This document shows, in pieces, positions 36,401-46,705 of a stretch of DNA of 64,000 nt. The number at the start of each line of letters is the position of its first letter. Position 1 is the stretch's first letter. Source of the DNA: Anthoceros angustus (lineage: Eukaryota; Plantae; Anthocerotophyta); contig MU008189.1 in assembly GCA_010909165.1 (NCBI GenBank), positions 372,001 to 436,000 of the forward strand, in the 5' to 3' direction. The notes beneath the pieces are model-generated. The model did not search any database and was not told the DNA's origin. It saw only the letters and a program-made list of their open reading frames with translations. Position numbers and translations under genes: made by a program.

Positions 36401-36977
36401 TGTGGATCCGAGGGTGGACCAAGCCAAACAGAAAATCTTGGTGAGCAGGCACAGATAACCGCAGAGGAGATGCTGAAAAAGTGCCGTTGTACATTTTCCG
36501 TCAAGACCCAGGTGTCGACAGCCTCTGCACATTACTCAGCTCTCAAAGGTAACTTTGAAGCCATTGGGTTGCTCGTGCTCGTTCCTTCCCATTCTCCGCT
36601 CAGGTACCATTTCTAAAACAGGCATCTGGACGGATGGGAAATTCATCTTCAGCACTGGCCTTGACCAGAGGCTGAGGTGTTGGCGTCTGCGCCGCTCAAA
36701 TGAGGGATCCGCAATCCCCTCGGAGAATGGTGTGCTATCGGTTGCTGAATGTGCGCGTTCTGTGATCGATGTACCGGAGCCTGCTGCCTTACATGTCGAA
36801 TCAGCTTCTGATGGGTATTTTCTTACTGTGCCCCAGTGGACCTGCTTCTTATGCTTCAGTCAGTTTCGCAACAATTTCAGGCCCGGTGTACTGAGTGACC
36901 GTTCTTTCTTGTGCAGGTCATTCTACCGAATTGCAGTAGTGGGGAGAGGATTGCAAATACTGAGCTTTCAAAGATGA
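30473..36977 (+). CDS. WDR6: WD40 protein WDR6/Trm734-like (tRNA 2'-O-methylation cofactor; many exons)
   Basis: GPYCGDISAL, LLHSFHV-like FDGVRVHGI, RCLLYSMRLWG, LTGHEGSIHRI..SVSDDR, YGHGGRLWDC, CGGWRRPFSY, FHGKEILS, ATGGEDG, AHMSGVNC, SGGDD, STGLDQRL, VVGRGLQI*. Confidence 0.9.
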
Positions 36978-37166
36978 AGTTGTGACTTCCAAACTGAAGA
37001 CCCAGCTGTGACCGGACTCTGATGTCGTCGGCAAACCATCGGGAAACATCTGTGTCAGCAGAGATGGTCCTAGTTACGAATGGCGTCCGGGGTTTTCAAT
37101 TTCACCAGACTGTAGACATTCAACCTTGCAGAACCCAGACAGCTGATATTCATTTCCGGACGAAGC

Positions 37167-38258
37167 TCAAGCAACTGCCGTGCCTGTGCCTGTCTTGTGA
37201 TCACTGCCACCAAAGATGGTTTTCTCAAACCAGTCAAAAATCTCAGGAGCCGGAATGCTAGTGATGGAATGTATCCCGTGGGCCACCATCGTCTCCTGCT
37301 GGACGTGGCTCTGCCACAGAAACATGCCGTTGCTCTGCATAGGGAGAAAATTCCTTGCCGCAATAGCCTTTTCCCAAGGTGTATCAGGCGGGTATATTGT
37401 GAGGTACCCGTCGCCATCGACATATTCCTCCTCAACATACACATCATGAATCTTCTCTGCAATCTCGTCGTCGATTCCGACGATTCTCTCCGAGAAGTAG
37501 TACTTGGTGATGGGCAGGGGCGGCAGCGAAACCTGTCCCACTGGCACTCCCACTTTGTTCAGAGCATAGATGGACCTGGCTACCTGCACCTCGATCTCCT
37601 CGTCCCGGACCATGTGCGCAAAGAAGGTGGGAGGGAACTGCACCCTGTTGGCCCGATGGAACACTTCCAGAACTCCTGGAGAGACGATGAGAGCCAGAGA
37701 CTTCACATTCCCAAGGTGGAGCGCCAGAGAGGAGCTGAAGTTGCCTCCTGCGGACGATCCAATCAGGGCAAGCGGGAGGTGACTCAGGTTGTGCTGCCCC
37801 CGCCATGTGCTCAGGATTCCCGTCACGTCTCGGATGTCTTCCGAGAATTGCACAGGCCAGTTCTGCCACTCGGGTTCCAGGCTTTTGATGGCTATCACAG
37901 CGTACCCTTGAGACAGCGCAATGCTGGTGAGGCGACGGTCTTCAGGGAGCCCGTAGCATATGGGGCAGCCCGGGCCAACATCGAAGTAGCTCAACGGAGC
38001 CAGGTTCCTCCCGTGGGCCATGAAGATGACTCCCCTTGGCTTCTCCGGTATCTGCCACACCACATTCCTTCCCAGCATGACCTCCCATGTGCCATTGGTC
38101 ATTTTCTCCTTCGGCGGGAACGGAGCAGCATGGACATTCTCCTCCCAGAAGGCCTCTTGCACTCCTGCGGCTGCTTCACTGGAAGAGCGTAAGCAGGAAA
38201 TCCAAATGTAGGACGTCAGGAGCAGAAGATGACGGCACATGCTGCTGGTTGTGGCCAT
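37167..38258 (-). CDS. Secreted alpha/beta-hydrolase-fold protein, single exon
   Basis: Signal peptide MATTSSMCRHLLLL..., VIFMAHG, CPICYGLPED, nucleophile elbow GSSAG, FAHMVRD, and C-terminal AHGIH. Confidence 0.85.
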   Translation of the reverse strand: MATTSSMCRHLLLLTSYIWISCLRSSSEAAAGVQEAFWEENVHAAPFPPKEKMTNGTWEVMLGRNVVWQIPEKPRGVIFMAHGRNLAPLSYFDVGPGCPICYGLPEDRRLTSIALSQGYAVIAIKSLEPEWQNWPVQFSEDIRDVTGILSTWRGQHNLSHLPLALIGSSAGGNFSSSLALHLGNVKSLALIVSPGVLEVFHRANRVQFPPTFFAHMVRDEEIEVQVARSIYALNKVGVPVGQVSLPPLPITKYYFSERIVGIDDEIAEKIHDVYVEEEYVDGDGYLTIYPPDTPWEKAIAARNFLPMQSNGMFLWQSHVQQETMVAHGIHSITSIPAPEIFDWFEKTIFGGSDHKTGTGTAVA

Positions 38259-38562
38259 CTTCTCCTCTTCGCCATTAGCCTTTGAGCTCGTCCTCCATGT
38301 TATCTTCTCAGGTGAGGACTTCCACGTTTTCTTTCTATTTTTGATAAGAACATCGGGTGGCATGCATGTCAGGACCTCTATGATCGAGAGGAAGGGATAA
38401 CGGGACGGAATGTACATAGCAGGAACTATGTGGATGATGAAGTATAATTTATTATTGTACATATTTACAGATGCTTGAGAATTGTATGTGGGTATGTAAG
38501 GGGTTAGTCGGGTGCAGTCTTTGGGGCCAAGGATTCTTCATCTGCACTAGTATGGACTATCC

Positions 38563-40421
38563 TCAAGCTGCAAGATGTCCCATTGCAAAGCTACAAGCCT
38601 TTGGAGTTGCGCTCAGGCTGGTGATCCAAACTTCGTCGGCTTTCACATTTGCATCATCGTCATTTCGATGCCAGCTCCAGTGTGCGTGTGTTGCGTTCGC
38701 TATCCTCAGCTGCCCATGTCCAAAGCTAGCTTCGCGAAAGAGAGAGTACGATGGCTGGTCCAAGTACCTGACACAGCGGCAGCGAATTGGGTGAGTGTGA
38801 GGTGGCCAGCAGTTACGACATTCAAGGCCACAACTTGCCAGCTTCAGTCTCCGACCAGTCACTGGAGACAATTCACTCTCAATCATGACATGAAGAGAGA
38901 AATCTGTACCAACCTTTTGGCAAGGCCTTCCCGATTACCCCCATCTCCGATCACAATCTGTACCATGCCACAGGGATCCTCCTTTCCACCGTAGACCCTA
39001 GACTGCAGGGGTTTTCACCCAGTCAGGGAGCATGCCACATGAAACCCCCTCTCTACGAACAGAACTACTCTTTTCTCTAATTAGGCCAGCAATACTTACA
39101 AAGCGCTCATACGCATGCACATGGCCTGCAAACATGATGTCAACATGCGCAGCCTGCAGCAAAGGTTCCATGGCTGCCATCATTGCATCACCGTCCCCCT
39201 GATGAGCTGAGTTGCTGTTGTACCAGGGTGCATGCAGCACAGCTATAAGCCAGGGAGTCTTCTTTCGGTCGACCTTGGCAAGATCTGCCTGTCACGAGCA
39301 ATGAGGCAGAAAGTTCAGTTCAATACTGATGCAACTCCCTGTGAACACAGGGTGCCTACTTTCTAAGCAGTAAAAGCAAGCTGCACTAGACGAAACAGCA
39401 CTTACTTGGAGCCAGGCATATTGGCTGGATTTAGCATCGTAGTCTGTGTATGATCCCAGCATAAGAACATGAACTCCAGCAACCTCAAATGAGTAGTACA
39501 GGTTGGAGGTGGAGCCACTCTCCAAGTATGGCATAGACCACCGAGTGTTGTAAGCTTTGAATGATTCAATAATATAGGGGACAGCCTCTCTGTCGTGGTT
39601 TCCTTCAGTAACCATCCATGGCCTTGAGCTAGCCAAAGGTGACATGAGCTGCCCGAACGAATCCCACAGAGGTTGATAGTAATCTGCATAAGATAGATCA
39701 CCTGCAAAAAGCAGGAGATCGTAGTCTGACTCTTGAATGTGTTGAAGAGTTGAGGTAGTCCACCCAGTCTGTCCCAGATCACCTGCACAGAGAGGCCATC
39801 CTAAGCCACCCATGGTGGTTTTGTTTGTACCAGCAAATTAAGACATGCCGTAATTCAAGAACCATGACAAGGAGCTTACCAACAACTGCAAAAGTGATGG
39901 GCACCTCAGGTCCTGATGCTGGAGGAGTCCTGAAACTGTACTCCTTGCCCGCATTTCCACAGCGGTAGTAGTAAGTTGTGCTGGGTTCAAGGGGATTGGT
40001 GTCGGTCCCAAGCACCACGTGATGACTGAGTCCAGATTTATACAACAGAAAGGAGTAAGAGGAGCTCTGCCCATTCGCAAAGGCGTCGTAAGACGCCGAT
40101 TTGGTTCCATATTCCACAGAAGAAGGGCTATTAGAACTGGAAGTAATCCACGATACTTTCATCTTGTTTGGCCCAGCCAGTGACACATGCACCTAAGAAA
40201 GAAAGCAGTTAGAAAAGGATCTACCAATGATTCTCAAGCAACCGCAACTGTCCTTCTCGTCGTACCTGCTCAGGCTCTGTTGTAGACGACCTGAGACTCG
40301 GAAATTGCAGTGTCCTGCGAGTGTTGGGTCGCACATAAGACCCTTGTGCTAGCAACAAGCCCATGCCAAGGCAAAACACCAGAATGAAGCTCTGCCTCAC
40401 TGCCACACTCTGGGCTGCCAT
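38563..40421 (-). CDS. Purple acid phosphatase (PAP18-like; multi-exon; alternative ATG at 40469)
   Basis: All five metal-ligand motifs are present: GDLG, GDLSYAD, GNHD, VLHAPWY, GHVH. Also an FN3-like N-domain (PEQVHVSLAG) and FREASFGHG. Confidence 0.95.
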
Positions 40422-41503
40422 TGCTAGGAGCCGGTGAAACCCAGTCCTGAAAGAGCGAGAGGGAAACATGCATCATCACTTTTAGAGTCCTTCTCGTCTC
40501 ACTCAGTCCAGTCCATCAAGCAATCCTTCCCAAAGGCCAAAAAGCATAGTGGGCACGTCAGCTGGGCAAGCAATCTCCTGCTGCAGCTCAGTTGCCATGA
40601 AGAGGGCAAAAACACAGCATCGTCAACAAGCTCCAATTCAAAACACCCACCCTGCCCTTCACCAGCCTGCTCATGCCAGAGAAAATAGTGCAGTTCCTGC
40701 CAGCCAACCTTCCTTTCCTCTCATCCCAATCTGTCTACTTCACCACGGGAATGAAGCAGGGAAGACATCTGTCCACATTGAGGCGAGGCATATTCCTCCT
40801 CTCTACATTCCATTCCACATTGCCAGATGGAAACTTCAAACAACCTATCACGCAGCTTCTTGGCCAAAGTGACGGTTAAGGCACGTCCTAGGTCCTTCCT
40901 CACAGAAAGCAATTCCTTTAGCGGAGTGGGGATGTGGAGAACGGACACGTCTGCATCGCTCTTCGGCTGGCCCCACTCGTTCTACGTACATACTTCGCTG
41001 CAAAGAACACACCGGTGTATTTGCAGCGCATGAACCAGGATTTGATGCCCGAATCGGAAGCGATTAAAACTCGGAGGGATGCGACCCGGCAGGCCGTGAT
41101 GCATCGCCTTCCAAGGTTATGATCTCCGAAATTGCGTCCTTGCCGTGCTAGGTACTTCGTTACAATTCCCTGCAATTGACGATCGACCAATCCTCACTCT
41201 TGGCATCCAGCAAGGCTGCAAATTCTCTCCCCGAGTTCCTTTTGAGTAAACACTTCTGAAGCAGGTGGCCAAGTGAATGGGCAGGGTTGTTTGAAGGTCG
41301 TGCCTGTAACGGTGGAGGAGCTTGCAAACAGCTTGTTTCGCAGATCGCTGTTTCACAGCTTTCGTCGTTAAATTTCCAGCCCACGGGCATGTGGAACTAG
41401 ACTATGCACCTACGGACTCTTGGGTCTCCAAGAGCTGCACGCTGAGTGTTAGAATTCCGGCAAAAAGGTTGCCTGACGGCAAAACAAAGGCCCCTGAAAT
41501 GGG

Positions 41504-42373
41504 TCACGTTGTGTCCATGCTCACAGGTTCCGCGGCGCTGGAAGCCTCAACAGCCGGGGGTGCGGAAGGCTGTGCAACAGCTGCTAAATCAAGATCAACA
41601 GGGATCTTACTCTCCTCCTCGATTGTGCTTTGCAGATCATCCACCTGCGCAAGGGCATGCGACAAAGAATTCTGGATGAAGAAAGGACCTACAAGAGCAA
41701 TGTGTAAGACAGCCATAGACAAGCAATTGACACGCACCACATGTAAGAGAAGTGCAAATTGCTTCTTCCTCAGTTCCAGGGTTCGTGATGCAGCTAGATT
41801 CTCTGCTTCCAGCAACAGAATGTCTCGATCCAGCTCGGTGATCGCCTGTTGAGTCTCCGATCGTGCTGGCTGAGCTGCTATCAACTTCCTGATGGCCTCG
41901 CACTCCTCCTTGTGCTGCCTTTCAAGCTTCTCGTGCTCCAGCTGCACCTTGGCATCCTCAATATCCGCCTGGGCCTGCAGCAGGAGCCATGTCAAATCCA
42001 AGTCCCTCGGCCGATTCTCCTAGTGTAGAATGGAGGAATCTTCTAGTCAGAGTCTCACCTGAGCAATTTGCCTCGTAAGCTCTGTTTGCAGCTCCTTGAA
42101 ATTCTCCTGCTCCCGCCTGTTGGCATTGATGACAGCCTTGGTCTTCAGAAGCGGCAGCTCGAAGGTGGCGAGCTCCTGAAGGAAAGACTTGTACAGCTTC
42201 TCGCAGTCCGCCAGGTTATCTGCATCCTTCTCCACCTCCACAGCGAAAGCTATAAATTTCTTCAGAAGCTTCTTCAAAGGGGGCTCGCCTCTGGTAGTGG
42301 TGGTCCGGGTCAGCAGTCTTTGCCTGATCACGGCATCGTCCTCAGCAGGGCTGATGGCATAGTGGGCTGCCAT
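41504..42373 (-). CDS. THO7: THO complex subunit 7 (3 exons)
   Basis: [59 protein letters not shown]. Confidence 0.93.
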
Positions 42374-42485
42374 CCTTCCGGTGATCAATCCTCAACCTGC
42401 CATCAAGCCACTTGGCCAAAAATTCATCCGCAAGGGGATCGAAGGAGGAAACCTAGCACTCCGAGAGAGAGTACGTGCTCGTCTC

Positions 42486-42493
42486 TAGGGTTT
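42486..42493. promoter_or_regulatory. Telo-box TAGGGTTT in the THO7/PPR divergent promoter
   Basis: Exact reverse complement of AAACCCTA between the divergent ATGs. Confidence 0.5.
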
Positions 42494-42664
42494 AACCGCG
42501 CCTTGCGCACAGAGTTCAGACTTTATCACATCCGAGATGGTGCCCACGATCCGATCTGGGAAGGCTAGGGCGAAGGAGCTGAATCCTATGGCTGCTTGGC
42601 AACTGCGTTACTTCTCAGACTATTTTCTGACCTTGCTCTTTTGCAATGGCTCAGCCAGGCGGTC

Positions 42665-44698
42665 ATGAGTTGCGGGCGGATAGGGGTAGCAGACTCAGGT
42701 ATCCGGCTCGGGTATTTTCAATCTCTGGTGAGACCGGTGCTGTCATGGGAGATCATGTTACAACAGCAAGCTGTACATGGTCGGAGCGGCCTGAAGCAGC
42801 TCCTGAGACCTCTGGCCCTCCACGATTGCAGAGCCTGGATTTCGACTCCGGCTAGAACTGATCAGCTTTCTGAGGATGGACATCCGACTGCGGAAGGACA
42901 GAGGGATTGTGGTTCAGGACCAGTTCCAAATCGGAAGATCGTCAAGAGGGATTTCAGAGGCGACAAAGAAAAGCATGATTCGCAGAGACCTATGACAGAG
43001 ACAGCTGCTATTAGCAAGCTGCGCCACATTCTTAGAGGAGTGAATTGGGGACCTCACATTGGGGCTTTGCTTGACCAGGTGAGAATTAAGATCAAGCCCT
43101 ATCATGTGAGTCAGGTGCTGAAGGAGCAGAAAGATGCGAAATTGGCATTGAGCTTCTTTGAGTGGGCAAGAGGCAAGGAAGGATTTAAGCACAACTCTCT
43201 CACCTATTCGGTGATGCTACGGATACTCGGAGACTCCAAGCAATTTCAAGGAGCTTGGCATCTTCTGGAAGCCATGCAGAAGGATGGGTTCCCAATTACG
43301 GCCAGGACGTTTGCCCCTCTTCTGCAAAGCTACGGGAAATACAACATGGTCGAGGAAGCTTTAGAAACCTACAACAAGATGAATGCATTTGGTTGCCAGC
43401 CCAGCCTTATGACTTTCACGTATCTTATTGGCTTGCTTGCTAGGGCTGGTGATCATGACAGGGTGGATGTGCTGTACGGGGAAATGAAGATGGCTGGGTA
43501 CCAGCTGGATCTTCGGGTCTACAATGTTATCATCGATGCACTTGGTAGGGCAGGAAAACTGAACTCTGCAGTCGAAGTTTTGCAAGAACTCATGAGAAAT
43601 GGGCTGAAGCCTAATTCTTACACCGGCTGTGCCTTTTTAAATCACCTGAAGGAGGCAAACGACATTGAGGTTTTCAAAACACTTTTGGACAGCGGTGGCG
43701 AGTTTAGCACCGAGACATACAACGTTTTTTTGACAACTCTTGCCAGGGAGGGTAAGGTTAACTTGACGTGCAAGGTCTTTGAGGAAATGAGGAGGAGAGG
43801 TTGCCAGCCAGACGTGAGAAGCTACAACATTTTAATCAGCTGTCTTGTTAAGGCTGGTAGGATCGGAGTCGCTGAGGAGTTCTTTCGAAAGATGGGCGAC
43901 GACAATTGTTCCCCAGATCGTATCACTTATTCTGTGCTGATTGATATGCTTGGAAAAGCTGGGAAAGTGCAGGATGCACTGGATCTGTTCAGGCAGATGA
44001 ACTGCAGGGGTATAAGCCCAGATGTGGTCACCTACAATAGTTTGATTGATAGCTTAGGGAAGGCAGGGGACATGGAGGAGTGTCTTCAGCTTCTTGAAGA
44101 TATGAAAGACAATGGCATTGCGCCAGACTTCTTGACATACAACATCGTCATTGATGGTCTTGGTAGGAATGGGCAGTCAAACGCGGCGTACGTGGTACTA
44201 CGAGATATGCAAGCCACTGGTCATACTCCTGACGTGCTCACCTATACCCATTTAATTGCGGGTTTAACCAGGGATGGCAAGCTGGACTTGGCTCTGGATG
44301 TCTTCAGAGAGATGTCACTGCATGGCTGTATTCCCAACCACGTGACTTACACAATCCTAATTGACCGACTCGGCAAAGAAGGAAAGTTGCAGCTGGCTAG
44401 AGGGTTTTTCCAGGAGATGATCACAAAGGGATGCGTTCCGAACATTTACACTTTCAACAGCCTTATCGACAACCTCGGACGTCAGGGACTCCATGACGAG
44501 GCGTATTCAGTGTACAACCAGATGAAGGAGGCAGACTGCACGCCTGACGAAGTAACCTACGCAATTTTGCTTCATGCAGCTGTGAAGGCCAAGCAATTGG
44601 ATAGACTTCCCACTCTCGTTCGGGAGATGGAAGCTGCAGGTTTGAAGATGGAAATGATCGTCCCAACCGACGTCAAGCTGACAATTCCGGAGACTTGA
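42665..44698 (+). CDS. P-class pentatricopeptide repeat protein, ~14 motifs, single exon (start codon uncertain)
   Basis: Tandem 35-aa motifs (PDVVTYNSLIDSLGKAG...), ALSFFEWA N-cap, no E/DYW domain. Confidence 0.95.
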   Translation: MSCGRIGVADSGIRLGYFQSLVRPVLSWEIMLQQQAVHGRSGLKQLLRPLALHDCRAWISTPARTDQLSEDGHPTAEGQRDCGSGPVPNRKIVKRDFRGDKEKHDSQRPMTETAAISKLRHILRGVNWGPHIGALLDQVRIKIKPYHVSQVLKEQKDAKLALSFFEWARGKEGFKHNSLTYSVMLRILGDSKQFQGAWHLLEAMQKDGFPITARTFAPLLQSYGKYNMVEEALETYNKMNAFGCQPSLMTFTYLIGLLARAGDHDRVDVLYGEMKMAGYQLDLRVYNVIIDALGRAGKLNSAVEVLQELMRNGLKPNSYTGCAFLNHLKEANDIEVFKTLLDSGGEFSTETYNVFLTTLAREGKVNLTCKVFEEMRRRGCQPDVRSYNILISCLVKAGRIGVAEEFFRKMGDDNCSPDRITYSVLIDMLGKAGKVQDALDLFRQMNCRGISPDVVTYNSLIDSLGKAGDMEECLQLLEDMKDNGIAPDFLTYNIVIDGLGRNGQSNAAYVVLRDMQATGHTPDVLTYTHLIAGLTRDGKLDLALDVFREMSLHGCIPNHVTYTILIDRLGKEGKLQLARGFFQEMITKGCVPNIYTFNSLIDNLGRQGLHDEAYSVYNQMKEADCTPDEVTYAILLHAAVKAKQLDRLPTLVREMEAAGLKMEMIVPTDVKLTIPET

Positions 44699-45201
44699 GA
44701 TGAAATTGGGCAAGGGGAAGCTGCTCTCATGTCCAGCCACATTTCTCGCCTATGCCACCGTGTGCTTCGAGTATGCCTTGGTCTCCCACACTTCCCTGTT
44801 CAGGGAGTATAAAGACAAAATCCTCTTAGCAGCGCTTCGAGGTCATTACAATGGAAAATGGATTACACTCACTTCCAAAAAAAGGAATAACCGTGGTCCT
44901 AAACTTCTCCTAGAGTACAAAATATCTCAACATGTTTCAAAACAAACGGATAACCGTTTCCCTAAATCTCAACCATGAACTGATATCCGTTGCTGCCGTC
45001 TGCCAAGCTGCTGAAATAAAAACGAAGCACCCAGAGAAGCTGTCAATCGTAGCCCTCCATCTGCTTGGACTGATCATCTTCACCAACCAGCCTTTTTCTC
45101 GACTTGCTTTGGTCTCCGCCACAAACTTCCCAGCAATCTGCAAAGCATATTACCAGATTCGATGACAAGACGATTAGGGCATCACAGTTCTCGCGCTCTC
45201 T

Positions 45202-46026
45202 CTAAACCTGGGCGTCGGCCGCATCGGCCACAAGGGGTAGCCTTGGAGTCTTGCCAAGCAGGCAAGAGACTACGCCAAAGCAGAAGCTCGCAACCAGGAA
45301 TAAGAAGAGGGAGTTATAAAGCATCACAAGAATCTGCAATGCGAGGCCACCACGAGGACTCACAATCCGCTCAATAACCTGGGGCAATATGAGTAGCACA
45401 TCCAGAACAACCGCCTGCATAGCATTGAATCTGACATAGCGGCTCATACGCTCGTTTCTCACAACCCCCAGATAGAGCGTGAAGAAGACGATCAGATTCG
45501 AGTACGGAATGCTCTTGTACGCCTGGAAAATAGGGAAGAGAGGGTAGAAGATGGACTCTGCAGCCGGAAACTGGCGGAAGAAGTGCCGGCCGTACTGGAG
45601 GCCATCCAACAAGGGCAGGAAGTAAGCAACCGATGACAGAATCCTCTCCACATAGCTCGGCCTATCGCTTCCGGCCCGAACAACCAAATGCACCTTGTTA
45701 GCCTTGCCCGTAGGTAATTTAGAGGCTGCACTTGCGGACCTGAGAAGCCTAGAGGTGAAAATGGACGAACGGTCTGCCTGCAGCCGATTCCTTCTGAACG
45801 AGGCCGCGCAGATGTTCAGGGCCCCTTCACGGCAAGCTGACGAACGCTGAAAACAGGCCCCGTAACCAGAATTCCCTCTCCTATAACTCAGCCTGGCCGA
45901 CGCTCCGCACCTGCCGACGGCAACAGCCGTAATAGACGATCCACCTGATTGCTTGCTGGCACAGCAGCCCCGCACCTGTGCAACTGGAGCAGAAAAGCAT
46001 ACAACGCACTTCCCGATCGCTTCCAT
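45202..46026 (-). CDS. TIC20-V: Chloroplast inner-envelope translocon TIC20-V (Ycf60-like), single exon
   Basis: Transit peptide, ERILSSVAYFLPLLDGLQYG, FFTLYLGVVRN..SRYVRFNAMQAVVLDVLL, GKTPRLPLVADAADAQV. Confidence 0.93.
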   Translation of the reverse strand: MEAIGKCVVCFSAPVAQVRGCCASKQSGGSSITAVAVGRCGASARLSYRRGNSGYGACFQRSSACREGALNICAASFRRNRLQADRSSIFTSRLLRSASAASKLPTGKANKVHLVVRAGSDRPSYVERILSSVAYFLPLLDGLQYGRHFFRQFPAAESIFYPLFPIFQAYKSIPYSNLIVFFTLYLGVVRNERMSRYVRFNAMQAVVLDVLLILPQVIERIVSPRGGLALQILVMLYNSLFLFLVASFCFGVVSCLLGKTPRLPLVADAADAQV

Positions 46027-46705
46027 TGCTCCTGCTCACGACCTCCAGTCTTTCCTGCTATCAAAGTTTCCGTCTTCAACACCGAACCTGCAATAAGCTT
46101 TAGACCGAATCGGGCGGTTGGATGTCAATGTGCGCATGGAGAGCACGTCACTGATGATGTGCTGTACTGCTCTGCATGGCTAAGCAAGGAAAGTCTCAGC
46201 AAAACCCACAGTTTAGGGCTTCGCCCCAATCATAACACCCTGTCCAATGCGCAAACTGTCACTGACACATTTTCCAGGCTTTTCTTCGACGAAACCTTGT
46301 TGGGAGAAATAAAATTATCTCTATCTGCTGTCTTGTTTATAAAATCGTTTTTCGAGTAATGTATTTTTATTAAATCATAAAAACTTGTGTACAGATAAGG
46401 GAGGAAAAGACTCTCCTTAGAAGATCAAAAATTCAGATTCACCAAGGATTCGTAATTGCTGAAGTAAAATGGTCAAGCATGCAAAGGTGCCTACTTCAAA
46501 ACCCGCTGAGGACCAGGACCACGACTGGGAAGCAAATAAGAAGCAAGGGGATGAGGAAATGACGACGAGAGACGCATAAACGAACGACAGTTGCAAGAAG
46601 AACAACCAAAAAAAAAAACTGATGAGTGTTGTTTTACTTTTTTCGTCACAGATATTATTGCTTTCCATTATGTTAACAAAACAGCAAACATTAGGAAGGC
46701 AGCAG

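Noticed and set aside
5819-44698. Cluster of RNA-metabolism genes (RNASEH2B, m5U MTase, WDR6, THO7, PPR) as a functional system
   Set aside because: Different compartments and pathways, interspersed with unrelated genes. Consistent with ordinary housekeeping density.
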